Source of the DNA: Candidatus Multivoradales bacterium
Lineage (GTDB): Bacteria > Acidobacteriota > Thermoanaerobaculia > Multivoradales > JAHEKO01
DNA length: 64,000 nt
Assembly: GCA_965248055.1 (NCBI GenBank)
Contig: CBDFIJ010000004.1
Span: 2,914,925-2,978,924 of the forward strand
Direction of reading: 5' to 3'
Positions 46,812-57,164 of this stretch are shown here, piece by piece. The translations under genes and the position numbers were made by a program. A model generated the notes under the pieces. That model was not told the DNA's origin. It saw only the letters and a program-made list of their open reading frames with translations, and did not search any database. Each line of letters opens with the position of its first letter. The first letter of the stretch is position 1.

Positions 46812-47757
46812 CGGCGGGTTGTCGATCGATCAAGGGCGATGGGGACAACAGCTGTTCGGGTTGTTGATGGGCGTACCAGACGCGGAGAAAATTTACCGTC
46901 TCTGCGACATCATGGACCCGTACCATCGATGCGCATCCCAGAACCCGAGCCACGCTGGCGAGACTTGCGGCGACCCGATGCTGTGGATTCCGACCGGAAA
47001 TCTCTCCCAGGTACCTTTTGCGGCTCGAGCCAAACAAAATCGGGTAGCCGAGCGCAGCCAATTGGTCCAGGCCGTTGGTCAATTGCAGGTTGTGGACAGA
47101 TGACTTGCCAAAGCCGATCCCGGGGTCGAGGATGATCTGTGACACCCCGGCGCGTTCAGCGCGGCGAGCCACGGCTTTGAGTTCGTCTCGCACTTCGCTG
47201 ACCACGTGGTCGAAGGAGATTCCCTGTTGCATGGTGCCAAGCGTGCCGCGGCTGTGCATGATGACCACTGGGCATCCACGTTGGGCGACCAAATCGATCA
47301 TCTCCGAGTCGTTCAATCCGCCGATGTCGTTGATTAGATCGGCGCCGTTGTCGAGCGCCTGGTGGGCGACTGCCGCCTTCCGTGTGTCGACCGAGATCGG
47401 CTTTTCGGTGAGCACGCGGAGTTTCTTCAGCACTGGCAACAGGCGGCGGAGCTCTTCATCGCTGGAGATCTCTGCAGCGCCGTCGCCATAGATCCCACCG
47501 CCGGGGCGGCTAGATTCGGCGCCCAGATCGAGCAGATCTGCGCCGTTGTGGAGTAGACGCTCGGCGTGGGCGAGGGCTTGCTCCGGGGCAAGCCAGTTGC
47601 CGCCATCACTGAAAGAATCCGGGGTGATGTTGACCACGCCCATCACTACCGGGCGTTGGCGGCTCAGGCTTAACCGCCGCCCGCCAGCTAGCGACAGCTG
47701 GAAGCGGCTCTGATTGTGCGCGTCCTCTACAGAAGGCTGTGCTGCCGCGCGTACCAA
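46765..47757 (-). CDS. folP: dihydropteroate synthase
   Basis: 'VMGVVNITPDSFSDGG', 'GADLLDLGAESSRPG'; start trimmed to TTG 47757 to avoid 80-bp overlap with ftsH (ORF-track start 47844). Confidence 0.8.
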   Translation of the reverse strand: MVRAAAQPSVEDAHNQSRFQLSLAGGRRLSLSRQRPVVMGVVNITPDSFSDGGNWLAPEQALAHAERLLHNGADLLDLGAESSRPGGGIYGDGAAEISSDEELRRLLPVLKKLRVLTEKPISVDTRKAAVAHQALDNGADLINDIGGLNDSEMIDLVAQRGCPVVIMHSRGTLGTMQQGISFDHVVSEVRDELKAVARRAERAGVSQIILDPGIGFGKSSVHNLQLTNGLDQLAALGYPILFGSSRKRYLGEISGRNPQHRVAASLASVARVLGCASMVRVHDVAETVNFLRVWYAHQQPEQLLSPSPLIDRQPADEAFPQQDFPEPGSS

Positions 47758-47764
47758 GGCGTTC

Positions 47765-49720
47765 TCAGGCGGTGGCTGGAGTCGGATTGGTCCCCGGCGG
47801 AAACTCGGGCTCGGAGTCAGCATCGGCGGTGGTTTCGGGTTCATCGCGCACCGAAGGCTCGGGTTCTACGGTGGGTTTGGGAGGTGCTGGCGGCCCCAGA
47901 TCCATGCCGGTCATTTCTGAGATCAGAGCGTAGATCATGGCGCCGTCCAAGGACTCGTGCTCGAGCAATTCTTCGGCGAGGCGGTCCAGAATCTCGCGGC
48001 GTTCGGTCAGAATGCGCGTCGCCTCCGCGTGGCCTTTTTCCACCAGACGCTCGATTTCTCGATCAACCCGTCCTGCGGTTCCCTCACTGATTTCCGCGCG
48101 GTCGCTAAAGTCCCGTCCAAGAAACACTGGTTCGCTGGAACTGCCTAGGGCAAGAGGGCCCATCTCCGACATTCCCCACTCGCAGACCATGCGGCGAGCC
48201 ATCTCAGTAGCCCGTTCGATGTCGTTGCCGGCTCCGGTTGTAATGTCGTCTTGGGTCAATTCTTCGGCCACGCGTCCACCCATAAGGATGGCGATCTGCG
48301 CTTCTACGTAGCCTTTCTTATGCGAGTAACGATCCTCCGTCGGCAACTGCATCGTTAGGCCGAGCGCACGTCCTCGCGGAATGATAGTGACCTTATGCAG
48401 CGGGTCACTCCCGGGGAGAAATGCCGCGACCAAGGCATGCCCGGCCTCATGGACCGCGGTAACTTTCTTTTCCTCGTCGGTCATGATCAGGGTCTTGCGC
48501 TCGGCTCCCATCAACACCTTGTCCTTGGCGAACTCGAAATCTGCCATGGTGACTGCTTTGCGTTCGAAGCGCGCGGCAAGCAGAGCCGCCTCATTGACCA
48601 AGTTGGCCAAGTCGGCTCCCGAGAAGCCTGGAGTTCCTCGAGCGATGACCGCTAACTCGACGTCTTCGTCCATCGGGATCTCTCGGGTGTGGACTTTCAG
48701 AATCCCGGTGCGACCGTTGATGTCGGGACGGTCCACCACGATGCGGCGGTCGAATCGACCTGGGCGCAGCAAGGCTGGATCTAGCACGTCAGGTCGATTG
48801 GTGGCGGCGATCAAGATCACTCCTTCGGAGGTCTCGAAGCCATCCATTTCTACCAAAAGTTGGTTCAAGGTCTGCTCTCGTTCATCGTGACCGCCGCCGA
48901 GTCCAGCGCCGCGCTGGCGTCCGACCGCGTCGATCTCGTCAATGAAAACGATGCACGGCGCGTTGCGCTTGCCTTGCTCGAAGAGGTCGCGTACACGGCT
49001 GGCGCCGACACCGACAAACATCTCGACAAAATCGGAGCCAGAAATTGAGAAAAACGGCACATCCGCTTCGCCAGAGATCGCCCGGGCCAGGAGCGTCTTA
49101 CCGGTTCCTGGGGGTCCCATGAGCAGCACCCCCTTGGGGATCTTGCCGCCCAGTCGCTGAAATTTCTGCGGTTCTTTGAGGAAGTCGACGATTTCCGAGA
49201 GCTCGTCTTTTGCCTCTTCAATCCCAGCCACGTCTTCGAAGGTGACCTTGTTGCCGGTTGAGGCATTTATCAACTTGGCTTTGCTCTTGCCGAAAGACAG
49301 GGCCTTGTTGCCGCCGCTTTGCATCTGGCGCATAAAGAAGATCCACAGGCCGACGATCAATAGAATCGGAGCATAGAGAAACAGGAATTGCAGCAATACA
49401 TTTTGCTTTTCTGGCTCGACTACGATTTCGGCGTTGGCTGCCCGCAGTTTGTCCACTAGGCCGTCGTAGTTGGGGACCGAACGGGAGATGAACGCTTCAC
49501 CGCCGGCGTAGGGCAGATTGACATCGGAGCCAAATTCACCGGTGATTTCGTCTCCGCGCAGAGTCACCGAAGCGATCTGTCCGTCTTCCAGTTGGGAAAG
49601 AAACTCGCTAAAGGTAAGTTCGTGTTCGCCACCCTTACCGGCTTGCAGCGCTTGCCAGCCCAAAAAGACCACTAGGAATAGGGCCATCCAGAGAAGTAGA
49701 GTCTTGGTCGTAGAATTCAA
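47765..49720 (-). CDS. ftsH: ATP-dependent zinc metalloprotease FtsH
   Basis: TM-AAA 'GPPGTGKT', SRH, zinc 'HEAGHAL'. Confidence 0.9.
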   Translation of the reverse strand: MNSTTKTLLLWMALFLVVFLGWQALQAGKGGEHELTFSEFLSQLEDGQIASVTLRGDEITGEFGSDVNLPYAGGEAFISRSVPNYDGLVDKLRAANAEIVVEPEKQNVLLQFLFLYAPILLIVGLWIFFMRQMQSGGNKALSFGKSKAKLINASTGNKVTFEDVAGIEEAKDELSEIVDFLKEPQKFQRLGGKIPKGVLLMGPPGTGKTLLARAISGEADVPFFSISGSDFVEMFVGVGASRVRDLFEQGKRNAPCIVFIDEIDAVGRQRGAGLGGGHDEREQTLNQLLVEMDGFETSEGVILIAATNRPDVLDPALLRPGRFDRRIVVDRPDINGRTGILKVHTREIPMDEDVELAVIARGTPGFSGADLANLVNEAALLAARFERKAVTMADFEFAKDKVLMGAERKTLIMTDEEKKVTAVHEAGHALVAAFLPGSDPLHKVTIIPRGRALGLTMQLPTEDRYSHKKGYVEAQIAILMGGRVAEELTQDDITTGAGNDIERATEMARRMVCEWGMSEMGPLALGSSSEPVFLGRDFSDRAEISEGTAGRVDREIERLVEKGHAEATRILTERREILDRLAEELLEHESLDGAMIYALISEMTGMDLGPPAPPKPTVEPEPSVRDEPETTADADSEPEFPPGTNPTPATA

Positions 49721-49823
49721 AAGTGCCTCCGGAACCGCGCTGCTCTTTAAGGTTCCACCTCAGTTAACGACAGGGATGTCTGCAACATTCCCGCCGACGG
49801 AGGGAGTCGAGCCCTCGCGATGC

Positions 49824-51179
49824 CTAGTTTCCCCGCCCTGGGTGCCATTGCGCAACCCAAATCGGCCATTTTCCGCGGATCCGATGGCGGTGATCGATGG
49901 TGATGCCCGGAATCCACACCGGTTGGTCGTTGATGGTGACCAGCGGGATACGGTCACGATCTTGATAGGCGACTTTGGCGTCGATCAAGATGTCCTTGAT
50001 TTTCCTTTGATAGTCGGCGCCGAAAGGTTGCAGGCGGTCGCCAGGGATGCGGCTGCGGACTTCGACCCGGGCGTCGGCGGGGGCTTCAAAAGCGGCGCGC
50101 GTGGCTTCGCCTTCGAGCATCCATGGTTCCAGGCTGGCCGCAACGATCTCCACCTGTCCCCCGTCAGGAAGAGTTACCACTCCCGGCAAGGAGCACGAAA
50201 GACAAAATGGCATGCTGGGTGACGGAACGTCGGTGATCAAGAGCCGGTCGTCTTGTTCGACCAACCTTCGATCCTTGGATAGGCGAACATCGAGGGTGGT
50301 TTGCCGCTGGAGTTGTTTGCTCAGCTCGTCGATCGATGTTTGACCGGACAAAGGAGAAGTTTCGCCGGGCGTAGACTCGTCTGGATCCAGGGTCGCGAGC
50401 ACGAAGGGCCAAAGGACTCGTGGCAGAGTCCGAAGCCGGTTAGCGCTGATGGTGGGTTTTCCCGTTGGGTCTTGGCGAGCGTCGATCGTGTCACGCAAAG
50501 CTTCTGCCGTGGACTTCCGAAGTTGGGCCGTAGCTTGGGCAAGCGACGATAAGGTAGCCGGAAGCTCGGGGTTGTGAGCTGTCAGGTGGGGAATCAACCG
50601 GTGGCGGACCCAGTTGCGGGTGAGCGACAAGTCTGTGTTGGTGGGATCTTCGATCGGCGACCAGGTAACGTCGGCGTTTTGCTGGCGCACCAACTTGGCC
50701 GGAAGCTGGAGCCACGGACGGCCGATGGGCCCGAACCAGGGTTGAATTCCGGCCAACCCGCGGATGCCGGAGCCGAACAAGATTCGCAAGAGGACCGTTT
50801 CCACTTGGTCGTCGAGGTGGTGGCCGGTGAGCACCGCACTGGCTGCCACCTGGCTGCGGACCCGTTCCAAGAACGAGTAGCGCTGTTCGCGGGCCCAAGC
50901 TTCGACTCCGGCTGGCCGGTGGCTCGGGACCGTGACCCGGTCGCTGATCCACTCGGCGCCGATCTGCTGGGCTAGTCCTCGAGCTTGTTGTGCTCGATCG
51001 GATGACCCGGGATCGATACCGTGGTCGAGATGTGCGGCGTAAACCGCGATGGTTGGCGAGTAGAGCTGAACCGCAGTGGTCAGCAGTGCACAGGAGTCTG
51101 GACCTCCAGAGAATGCGACCACCAGTGGTGAGCTATGCCGCGACTGGTGTTTGTCGCGCAGAAACTTGGTGAGGTGAAC
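49824..51179 (-). CDS. tilS: tRNA(Ile)-lysidine synthetase
   Basis: PP-loop 'VVAFSGGPDSCALL'; ORF-track start 51230 overlaps the tRNA at 51203-51279, so GTG at 51179 used. Confidence 0.75.
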   Translation of the reverse strand, partial: VHLTKFLRDKHQSRHSSPLVVAFSGGPDSCALLTTAVQLYSPTIAVYAAHLDHGIDPGSSDRAQQARGLAQQIGAEWISDRVTVPSHRPAGVEAWAREQRYSFLERVRSQVAASAVLTGHHLDDQVETVLLRILFGSGIRGLAGIQPWFGPIGRPWLQLPAKLVRQQNADVTWSPIEDPTNTDLSLTRNWVRHRLIPHLTAHNPELPATLSSLAQATAQLRKSTAEALRDTIDARQDPTGKPTISANRLRTLPRVLWPFVLATLDPDESTPGETSPLSGQTSIDELSKQLQRQTTLDVRLSKDRRLVEQDDRLLITDVPSPSMPFCLSCSLPGVVTLPDGGQVEIVAASLEPWMLEGEATRAAFEAPADARVEVRSRIPGDRLQPFGADYQRKIKDILIDAKVAYQDRDRIPLVTINDQPVWIPGITIDHRHRIRGKWPIWVAQWHPGRGN

Positions 51180-51202
51180 CTCCGCGGCGGAGAAAAGGGA
51201 GG

Positions 51203-51279
51203 TGGTGGCGGTGACGGGACTCGAACCCATGACCTAGCGGTTATGAGCCGCTCGCTCTAACCAGCTGAGCTACACCGCC
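51203..51279 (-). tRNA. tRNA with CAU anticodon (elongator Met or tRNA-Ile2 lysidine substrate)
   Basis: Cloverleaf GGCGGTG-TA-GCTC..GAGC-AGCGG-CTCATAA-CCGCT-...-CACCGCC-A-CCA; G1:C72 and non-GGG/CCC anticodon stem exclude initiator. Confidence 0.8.
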
Positions 51280-51485
51280 AAAGGTGTTCCCCAACCGAGG
51301 GGCAATTGCCTCGGTCGCTGGGTTTCCGGTTTCGGTCGCCTCGATCTGGACCAACTCGAGATCAGTCAACCGGGTGGGCGACAACCAACCGAACGGCGAA
51401 TGATAGCCCGAGTCCGGTTGGTTGCCCAGTCCATAAGACGCGACCCCGCAGTGTCTAACTCCCATGGGACCCTCGATTGCGCGGC

Positions 51486-52094
51486 CTAGGCCTGCGCGGC
51501 CTGATAGCGATCGGCGACCGCTTCCCAGTCCACTAGATCAAAAAAGGCTTGGACGTAGTCCGGGCGACGATTTTGGTAGTTGAGGTAGTAAGCGTGCTCC
51601 CAAACATCGAGTCCCAAGATCGGAGTCGCTCCGGACATCAATGGGCTATCTTGATTGGCAGTCGCCAGGACCTTGAGGGTGCCATCATCGACCACCAGCC
51701 AGCCCCATCCGGAGCCGAATTGTCCGCCTGCAGCCGCGGCAAACTGAGCTTTGAAGTCGTCAAACGATCCGAAGGCGGAGTTGATGACAGCGGCCAGATC
51801 TCCTGATGGCGTGCCATCGCCAGCTGGGCTCATAATGCTCCAAAACAGCGAGTGATTGGCATGGCCTCCACCGTGGTTGCGCACCGCAGTACGGATGTCA
51901 TCTGGAACCGCATGAATCCGGCCCAGCAAGTCCTCCACCGACAAAGCTTCGAGGTCGCTGTGACCCTCGAGGGCCTTGTTGAGGTTGGCGACATAGGCTG
52001 CGTGGTGCTTGCCGTGATGGATCTCCATGGTGCGGGCATCGATCGAAGGTTCTAACGCGTCGTGCGCGTAGGGTAAATCGGGAAGCTGATGCAT
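51486..52094 (-). CDS. sodA: Fe/Mn superoxide dismutase
   Basis: '[10 protein letters not shown]', 'DVWEHAYY'; ATG 52094 with AAGGAG RBS (ORF-track N-extension not supported). Confidence 0.9.
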   Translation of the reverse strand: MHQLPDLPYAHDALEPSIDARTMEIHHGKHHAAYVANLNKALEGHSDLEALSVEDLLGRIHAVPDDIRTAVRNHGGGHANHSLFWSIMSPAGDGTPSGDLAAVINSAFGSFDDFKAQFAAAAGGQFGSGWGWLVVDDGTLKVLATANQDSPLMSGATPILGLDVWEHAYYLNYQNRRPDYVQAFFDLVDWEAVADRYQAAQA

Positions 52095-52258
52095 GGTCGG
52101 ATCTCCTTGAGGATAACAGTCAAAAGTGGGGAGAGAGATTGTCGCGCGAAAGAACTCCGAGGTCAAAGTCTGGGTGACAGCGGTTCGACGAACGACAGGG
52201 TTTGAACTCGTTGACTTCCCGTTCCAGCGTTCGTAGACTCCGCTTTCGCTCTCGGGCG

Positions 52259-52333
52259 GGGAGGTTAGCTCAGTGGGAGAGCATCTGCCTTACACGCAGA
52301 GGGTCGGGGGTTCAAGCCCCCCACCTCCCACCA
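52259..52333 (+). tRNA. tRNA-Val (anticodon TAC)
   Basis: GGGAGGT..anticodon loop CTTACAC..ACCTCCC-A-CCA. Confidence 0.85.
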
Positions 52334-52360
52334 AGTACAAGATGCACGAGAGAGAATTTT

Positions 52361-52439
52361 GGGGGCGTAGTTCAGTTTTGGTTAGAACGCCGGCCTGTCA
52401 AGCCGGAGGTCGCGGGTTCAAGTCCCGTCGCTCCCGCCA
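52361..52439 (+). tRNA. tRNA-Asp (anticodon GTC)
   Basis: GGGGGCG..anticodon loop CTGTCAA..CGCTCCC-G-CCA. Confidence 0.85.
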
Positions 52440-52476
52440 CTCGCTATCACCCGTTTGAAATCGAACCGAGATCACC

Positions 52477-52632
52477 ATGCGCGAAAAAATTAAACTTGTA
52501 TCGAGTGCCGGAACCGGTACCTTTTACACCACCACCAAGAACAAGCGTCTCTCGACCGAGAAGCTGCGGTTGAAGAAGTACGATCCCAAGATTCGCAAGC
52601 ACGTCGAGTTCGTCGAAGAAAAAATGCGCTAG
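52477..52632 (+). CDS. rpmG: 50S ribosomal protein L33
   Basis: Hand translation '[51 protein letters not shown]' matches L33; 51 aa so absent from ORF track. Confidence 0.85.
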   Translation: MREKIKLVSSAGTGTFYTTTKNKRLSTEKLRLKKYDPKIRKHVEFVEEKMR

Positions 52633-52786
52633 CAAAAATTCCGTCCGGCGGTTGACCACCCTCGGATCTACCGGTACTCTCCTACCCATCTCGTCGGTTT
52701 CAGGTCTTCTTAGGTCGCGCTAATTTTGCGTTGGCTTTTCGCTACTAACATTTGCGGTAGCGCCTAACGTGGCTCCCGAGTGGCCC

Positions 52787-52815
52787 TCCTTTCTCCCAAC
52801 CGGAGAAAGGAAATG
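52787..52815 (+). promoter_or_regulatory. perfect 10-bp stem/5-nt loop hairpin covering RBS and start codon of sigma-factor gene
   Basis: tcctttctcc-caacc-ggagaaagga followed by ATG at 52813. Confidence 0.4.
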
Positions 52816-53445
52816 CACTCACAAACCCATCACCAACTAATTCGTCTGTGCCTGGACGGACCCATCTGCGAGGACGCTTGGCTGGAGTTTGAACGTCGAT
52901 TTCGACCGCGGCTGGTCGCTGGTATTCGACGCGGCACGGCGTATTCGTACCGCGCGATAGACCGTGACCGCATCGACGAACTCTTGCAGGACTGCTACTG
53001 CCGGATCCTGGACCGAGACCGTAAGGTGCTTCGAGATTGCCTTGACCTCGAAGAAGCCCAGACCGGTGCCTACTTAGTCCAACTGGGCCGTAGCGTGGCT
53101 TTGGACTGGCTGCGCCATCGCGGCGCTGCCAAACGTGGCGAGGATGAGACGGTCGAGGTCGATCAGGAGTGGCTGTCTGAACTGCATGTTCAGGAAGCGA
53201 CTGCGGAGCGTCAATTGTGTGCCCAGGAGACGCTCGATGCGTTCTGGAGGGAGTGTCGAAGTATTGCGCTGGCAATCGGCAATCCCCGTAGCCTCCAGTT
53301 CTTGCGTCAGGCGTGGTTTCAGCAGACTCCGAGCCGGGAGATTGCCGCAACCGCCGGCGTCGCTACCAGCACCGTGGACTCGGTCGTCTGTCGAATGCGT
53401 CGTCGCTTGGAGGCAAGAGGTTGGGATGTGGCGAAACGTCTGTAG
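52813..53445 (+). CDS. sigma-70 family (ECF-like) RNA polymerase sigma factor
   Basis: Region-2-like 'DAWLEFERRFRPRL...ELLQDCYCRIL' and region-4 HTH 'SREIAATAGVATSTVDSVVCRMRRRL'; alternative GTG start 52780. Confidence 0.5.
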   Translation: MHSQTHHQLIRLCLDGPICEDAWLEFERRFRPRLVAGIRRGTAYSYRAIDRDRIDELLQDCYCRILDRDRKVLRDCLDLEEAQTGAYLVQLGRSVALDWLRHRGAAKRGEDETVEVDQEWLSELHVQEATAERQLCAQETLDAFWRECRSIALAIGNPRSLQFLRQAWFQQTPSREIAATAGVATSTVDSVVCRMRRRLEARGWDVAKRL

Positions 53446-53460
53446 GCGAAAATTGCCAGG

Positions 53461-55176
53461 TCATCCTCGGATGTTCTGATCGCTTTGCTGGCCATCGCTG
53501 TCATCACCGGTATCTTCCAGAGCGGTTCGGGTCGCCAACAGCTCCGAGGCTTGGGGAAACCGCGCCAACGCCTCTTGCACTTGGGGGTCAGACAGGGCCA
53601 GTTCGCGCGAGCGGGCACCCAGGCCAAACGCGGCGCCCAATATTTCAGCACGCAGCCGGCGCAAGATGTTGGCTTGAATCTGAGCGTCGCTGTAGGCTTG
53701 ATTCAGTTCGTCCGGGCTGACGATCTCCTGCTCGACCAACCAGTCGCCAAACTGTCCGACCAAGTCGCTTGGCTCCTTCCACTCCTGGTCGCTCAACGGG
53801 GCGCGGTTTTGGTACTCAACGCCGAAGTTGAAGAAGGTGTTGTGGACAAACAAGTAGCCGATGAACTCGGGAATCTCAGCCGGTTCGACGATGTAGTCGG
53901 GGGTGATGCCACCGCCGCCGAGGACGGTGCGCCCTAAGTCGGTGGAATAGGAGGCTTGGTTGTCGTTGGCGGCGTAGGAGCCATCGGCACGGGTGGTGTA
54001 GTCGAACCACGACGAGTAGTCGCGCTGAATCAACCGCCCGGATGGGGTGTAGTACTTGGCGGTGGTGAGCGCGACACCGTTGCCGTGGCTGATGTTGTAG
54101 ACCGTTTGCACCAGCCCCTTGCCCCAGGTGGCTTCCCCGACGATCAAACCGACATCGTGGTCTTGAACCGCGCCGGAGACGATTTCCGAGGCTGAGGCGG
54201 TCGCCGGGCCGACCAAGATCACCAGCGGTAGATCGGCTGGCACCGCAGAGGAGTCGGCGACATAAGTCTGCCCAGATCCAGGTGTGCGGCCACGGGTTTC
54301 GACAATCTTGGAAATGGCGGGGACAAAGATCTCGCTGACCTCCACCGCTTGATCCAACAGTCCACCGCCGTTGTTGCGCAGGTCCAGCACCAAGTTCTCC
54401 ATCCCCTCACCCTTGAGGGAATCGATCGCTTCCAACATCTCTTGGGTTGAGGAGTGGGAAAAATCGGTGAGCATGATGTAGCCGGTCTTGGCGTCCAGCA
54501 TGTAGGAATAGGCCACCGTGTTCTGTGGGATTTCGTCTCGGGTTACCGCCAGATCAAAGGACTCGTCCAAGCCGCGTCGCTCGATCGTGATGTTGACGGT
54601 GGTTCCCTGAGGCCCCTTGAGCTGTCGTACCGCCTCATTCAAATTCATCCCCGAGGTGGTCTCTCCTTCGATCGCCGAGATCACGTCGCCGGCACGAATG
54701 CCCGCCTTCCAAGCGGGCGTGCCCTCGACCGGCGTCACCACAGTCAGTTGCGAATTGCGCATACCAATCAAAATGCCGAGCCCAGAGAAACTCGCCTGTT
54801 GGCGCTGCCGCAGATCGTCGTACATCTCTTTGGGCAAGAAATTGGTGTGCGGGTCTAGGGTACGCAGCATGCCGTTGATTGAAGCCTCGACCAACTCTTG
54901 ATAGCTGACTTCGGCGCCGTAGGCGTCGTGGGTACGGTGCAGAACTTTGGCGTAGCGAATCAGGGCTTGCTTGAGATCGTCAGGAAGGGTGACTTGTCTC
55001 TGACTCAAGACCACGCTGCCGCCAAAGACAGCCAGGAAAACAGTGATCGCAAACCAACGCCAAGAGCTTCGCATTCGGCGCAGCTTATCAGCGCTGGAGA
55101 GGGGGTCGAGGGGGGGACGAAATATTGACGGCATAGAAGATCCAGGGCTGACTTGTGCAGGCGTTCCTGTCCGCAA
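53461..55176 (-). CDS. ctpA: carboxyl-terminal processing peptidase (S41, Ctp) with PDZ domain
   Basis: PDZ 'GLGILIGMRNSQLTVVTPVEGTPAWKAGIRAGDVI', S41 'LVLDLRNNGGGLL' Ser box and Lys region. Confidence 0.8.
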   Translation of the reverse strand: MRTGTPAQVSPGSSMPSIFRPPLDPLSSADKLRRMRSSWRWFAITVFLAVFGGSVVLSQRQVTLPDDLKQALIRYAKVLHRTHDAYGAEVSYQELVEASINGMLRTLDPHTNFLPKEMYDDLRQRQQASFSGLGILIGMRNSQLTVVTPVEGTPAWKAGIRAGDVISAIEGETTSGMNLNEAVRQLKGPQGTTVNITIERRGLDESFDLAVTRDEIPQNTVAYSYMLDAKTGYIMLTDFSHSSTQEMLEAIDSLKGEGMENLVLDLRNNGGGLLDQAVEVSEIFVPAISKIVETRGRTPGSGQTYVADSSAVPADLPLVILVGPATASASEIVSGAVQDHDVGLIVGEATWGKGLVQTVYNISHGNGVALTTAKYYTPSGRLIQRDYSSWFDYTTRADGSYAANDNQASYSTDLGRTVLGGGGITPDYIVEPAEIPEFIGYLFVHNTFFNFGVEYQNRAPLSDQEWKEPSDLVGQFGDWLVEQEIVSPDELNQAYSDAQIQANILRRLRAEILGAAFGLGARSRELALSDPQVQEALARFPQASELLATRTALEDTGDDSDGQQSDQNIRG

Positions 55177-55386
55177 CAGGTGCTACGAAACAACCGAGCA
55201 GCTGGTTGTCCGCGATTGGGTGTCTGTGCTCGGGTGCCCTCTCCTCCCGGGGTATGAAGGGTAGACGTTGGAGCCGAGGAATCGACGGTTGTGTGGGTTG
55301 TCTCAGGCGATCGACTCGGGCCTCCTGCCTCACCCTCTTTGACGCTATGCTCCATAGGCGGGAAGATCGCGGTCTCGGGAGGTGTC

Positions 55387-55737
55387 GTGTTCGGAAGTTT
55401 AGGAATCTGGGAAATCGTCTTTATCGTCATTCTTGGGCTGCTGATTTTTGGCCCCAAGAAGTTGCCGGAGGTGAGTCGCACTATCGGGCGGACACTGGGT
55501 GAATTGCGCCGTTCAGCCGAGGAGTTCAAGCACACCGTTGAGCGAGAGGCCTCAGACGTGCAGAATTCGGTGGATACAGTGGTTCGTGGATCGGCCTCTT
55601 CTGAAGCTGCAGATTCTGAAGATACAGCTTCTCCGGCTGGTACTTCTGAAGACGGCGTTTCTCAAGACAGTATTTCTCAAAACAGCAGCACGGAAGGTGC
55701 ACCGTCCACGGATCTCTCAGCGGGAGATCGTTCTTGA
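55387..55737 (+). CDS. tatA: Sec-independent translocase TatA/TatB-family protein
   Basis: 'FGSLGIWEIVFIVILGLLIFGPKKLPE' TM + amphipathic helix, acidic tail; GTG start chosen (ORF-track N-extension unlikely). Confidence 0.7.
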   Translation: MFGSLGIWEIVFIVILGLLIFGPKKLPEVSRTIGRTLGELRRSAEEFKHTVEREASDVQNSVDTVVRGSASSEAADSEDTASPAGTSEDGVSQDSISQNSSTEGAPSTDLSAGDRS

Positions 55738-56504
55738 ACCAAACCTCAGAATCTCTCCAACGGATGAGTCTGCTGGACCATCTGCAGGAGCTTCGCACCC
55801 GTATTTTTCAGACTCTGGTGGTGGTGGTGGTGGCGTTTGGGGTCTGTTGGGTGTGGGTGCAACCGATGTTCGAGTTTCTCGCCCGACCGATCTACAAAGT
55901 GCTGCCGGAGGGCACCAAGCTGGCTTTTTTGGGAGTCACCGAGCCTCTGATCTTGTTCGTCAAAGTCGCCGGTTTGGGCGCCATCTTTCTCACCTCGCCG
56001 GTGATCCTCTATCAACTGTGGAGGTTTGTCGCCCCAGGTCTCTATAGCAGAGAACGACGTTTGGTGCTGCCCTTTATCCTTGCCGGGACCTTCTTTTTTC
56101 TCTTGGGCGGTGTCTTCGCCTATACCGTCGCCTTTCCCTTCGCGGTTGAGTTCTTGATCGGTATGGGAGAACAGTTTGAGGCGGTGGTGACGGTGGATCG
56201 CTACTTTTCGTTCCTATTGACGGTGATTCTGGGCATGTCGATGATGTTCGAGTTGCCGATTTTCATCTTTTGCCTGGCGGTTGTCGGCATTGTTGAGGTC
56301 AAGACTTTGGTCAAACACTTCCGGTGGGCGGTGCTGCTGATCTTCATCGTTGCGGCGGTGATCACCCCGACTCCCGACGTTTTCAATCTGATGATCTTTG
56401 CCCTGCCAACGATTGGTCTCTACGTGTTGGGGGTGGCTGCCGCTGCGTTGGTGACCTACCGCCGGCGAAGACGGGAGGCCAAGGCAGAATCCGCTTTGTC
56501 CTAA
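55734..56504 (+). CDS. tatC: Sec-independent translocase TatC
   Basis: Six-TM TatC pattern 'LDHLQELRTRIF', 4-bp overlap with tatA. Confidence 0.85.
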   Translation: MNQTSESLQRMSLLDHLQELRTRIFQTLVVVVVAFGVCWVWVQPMFEFLARPIYKVLPEGTKLAFLGVTEPLILFVKVAGLGAIFLTSPVILYQLWRFVAPGLYSRERRLVLPFILAGTFFFLLGGVFAYTVAFPFAVEFLIGMGEQFEAVVTVDRYFSFLLTVILGMSMMFELPIFIFCLAVVGIVEVKTLVKHFRWAVLLIFIVAAVITPTPDVFNLMIFALPTIGLYVLGVAAAALVTYRRRRREAKAESALS

Positions 56505-56591
56505 GTTGGGAAGCCCTCGTCCTCTCGCACCACAGATCTATTTTGGGTGGTGGGTTGAGGACGCCTGGGGCAGGTTTACAGTTGATCGACT

Positions 56592-57146
56592 CTAAGGTTC
56601 AAATGAAAAACTGCCGAGGATGCGTTGCCAAGCGCCGCGGGTCTTGAGCAGGATTTCTGCCATTTCTCGCACCGCGCCACGACCTCCAGGTCGGTTGAGC
56701 ACCACATCGGCGACGGTGCGCACTTCGTCTGCAGCGTTGGCCGGAGCGAATCCCAGCCCACAACGGGCCAGCACTACTAGATCGTTGAGATCGTCCCCAA
56801 TGTAGGCGACCCGGCTGGCGTCGCAATCGGCCTTGTGGAGAAAGTCACTGAACCCGGTGTCTTTGTCTTCGCGTCCGGTGAGTGTGAGATCCAGCTTCAG
56901 GCCCTCAGCCCGCCGGGCTAGCGCGGGGGAGGATCGAGCTGACAGCAGTCCCACTTTCAGGCCAGCTTGGCGCAGGCAGCCAATCCCTAGCCCGTCGCGC
57001 ACGTCGAAAGCTTTGAACGCTTCGCCGTGGCCGTCAAAAAACAATCGACCGTCAGTGAGCACGCCATCAACGTCACACAGAACCCATTCCAGGGTTTTCG
57101 CGCGTTGCGCTTGCTCGCCGGTGAGAGGTCGTGTATTGCTGTCCAT
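56592..57146 (-). CDS. kdsC: KDO 8-phosphate phosphatase (HAD, KdsC-like)
   Basis: 'CDVDGVLTDG' HAD motif I, 'YIGDDLND'; downstream of kdsD. Confidence 0.7.
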   Translation of the reverse strand: MDSNTRPLTGEQAQRAKTLEWVLCDVDGVLTDGRLFFDGHGEAFKAFDVRDGLGIGCLRQAGLKVGLLSARSSPALARRAEGLKLDLTLTGREDKDTGFSDFLHKADCDASRVAYIGDDLNDLVVLARCGLGFAPANAADEVRTVADVVLNRPGGRGAVREMAEILLKTRGAWQRILGSFSFEP

Positions 57147-57164
57147 GGTCGTCTTGTCGCCGGT

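Noticed and set aside
51291-51315. Hairpin accgagg-ggcaattg-cctcggt between sodA and the CAU tRNA
   Set aside because: It is 170 nt from the sodA stop and has no U-tract, so its function is unclear. It may simply be a processing or structural element of the tRNA leader.
52202-52573. ORFs 52202-52573 and 52273-52458 on plus strand
   Set aside because: They cover tRNA-Val and tRNA-Asp and are artefacts. The real CDS here is the 51-aa rpmG.
56505-56591. Candidate terminator between convergent tatC and kdsC
   Set aside because: The only inverted repeat (cgtcctc/gaggacg) has a 31-nt loop and is not convincing as an intrinsic terminator.
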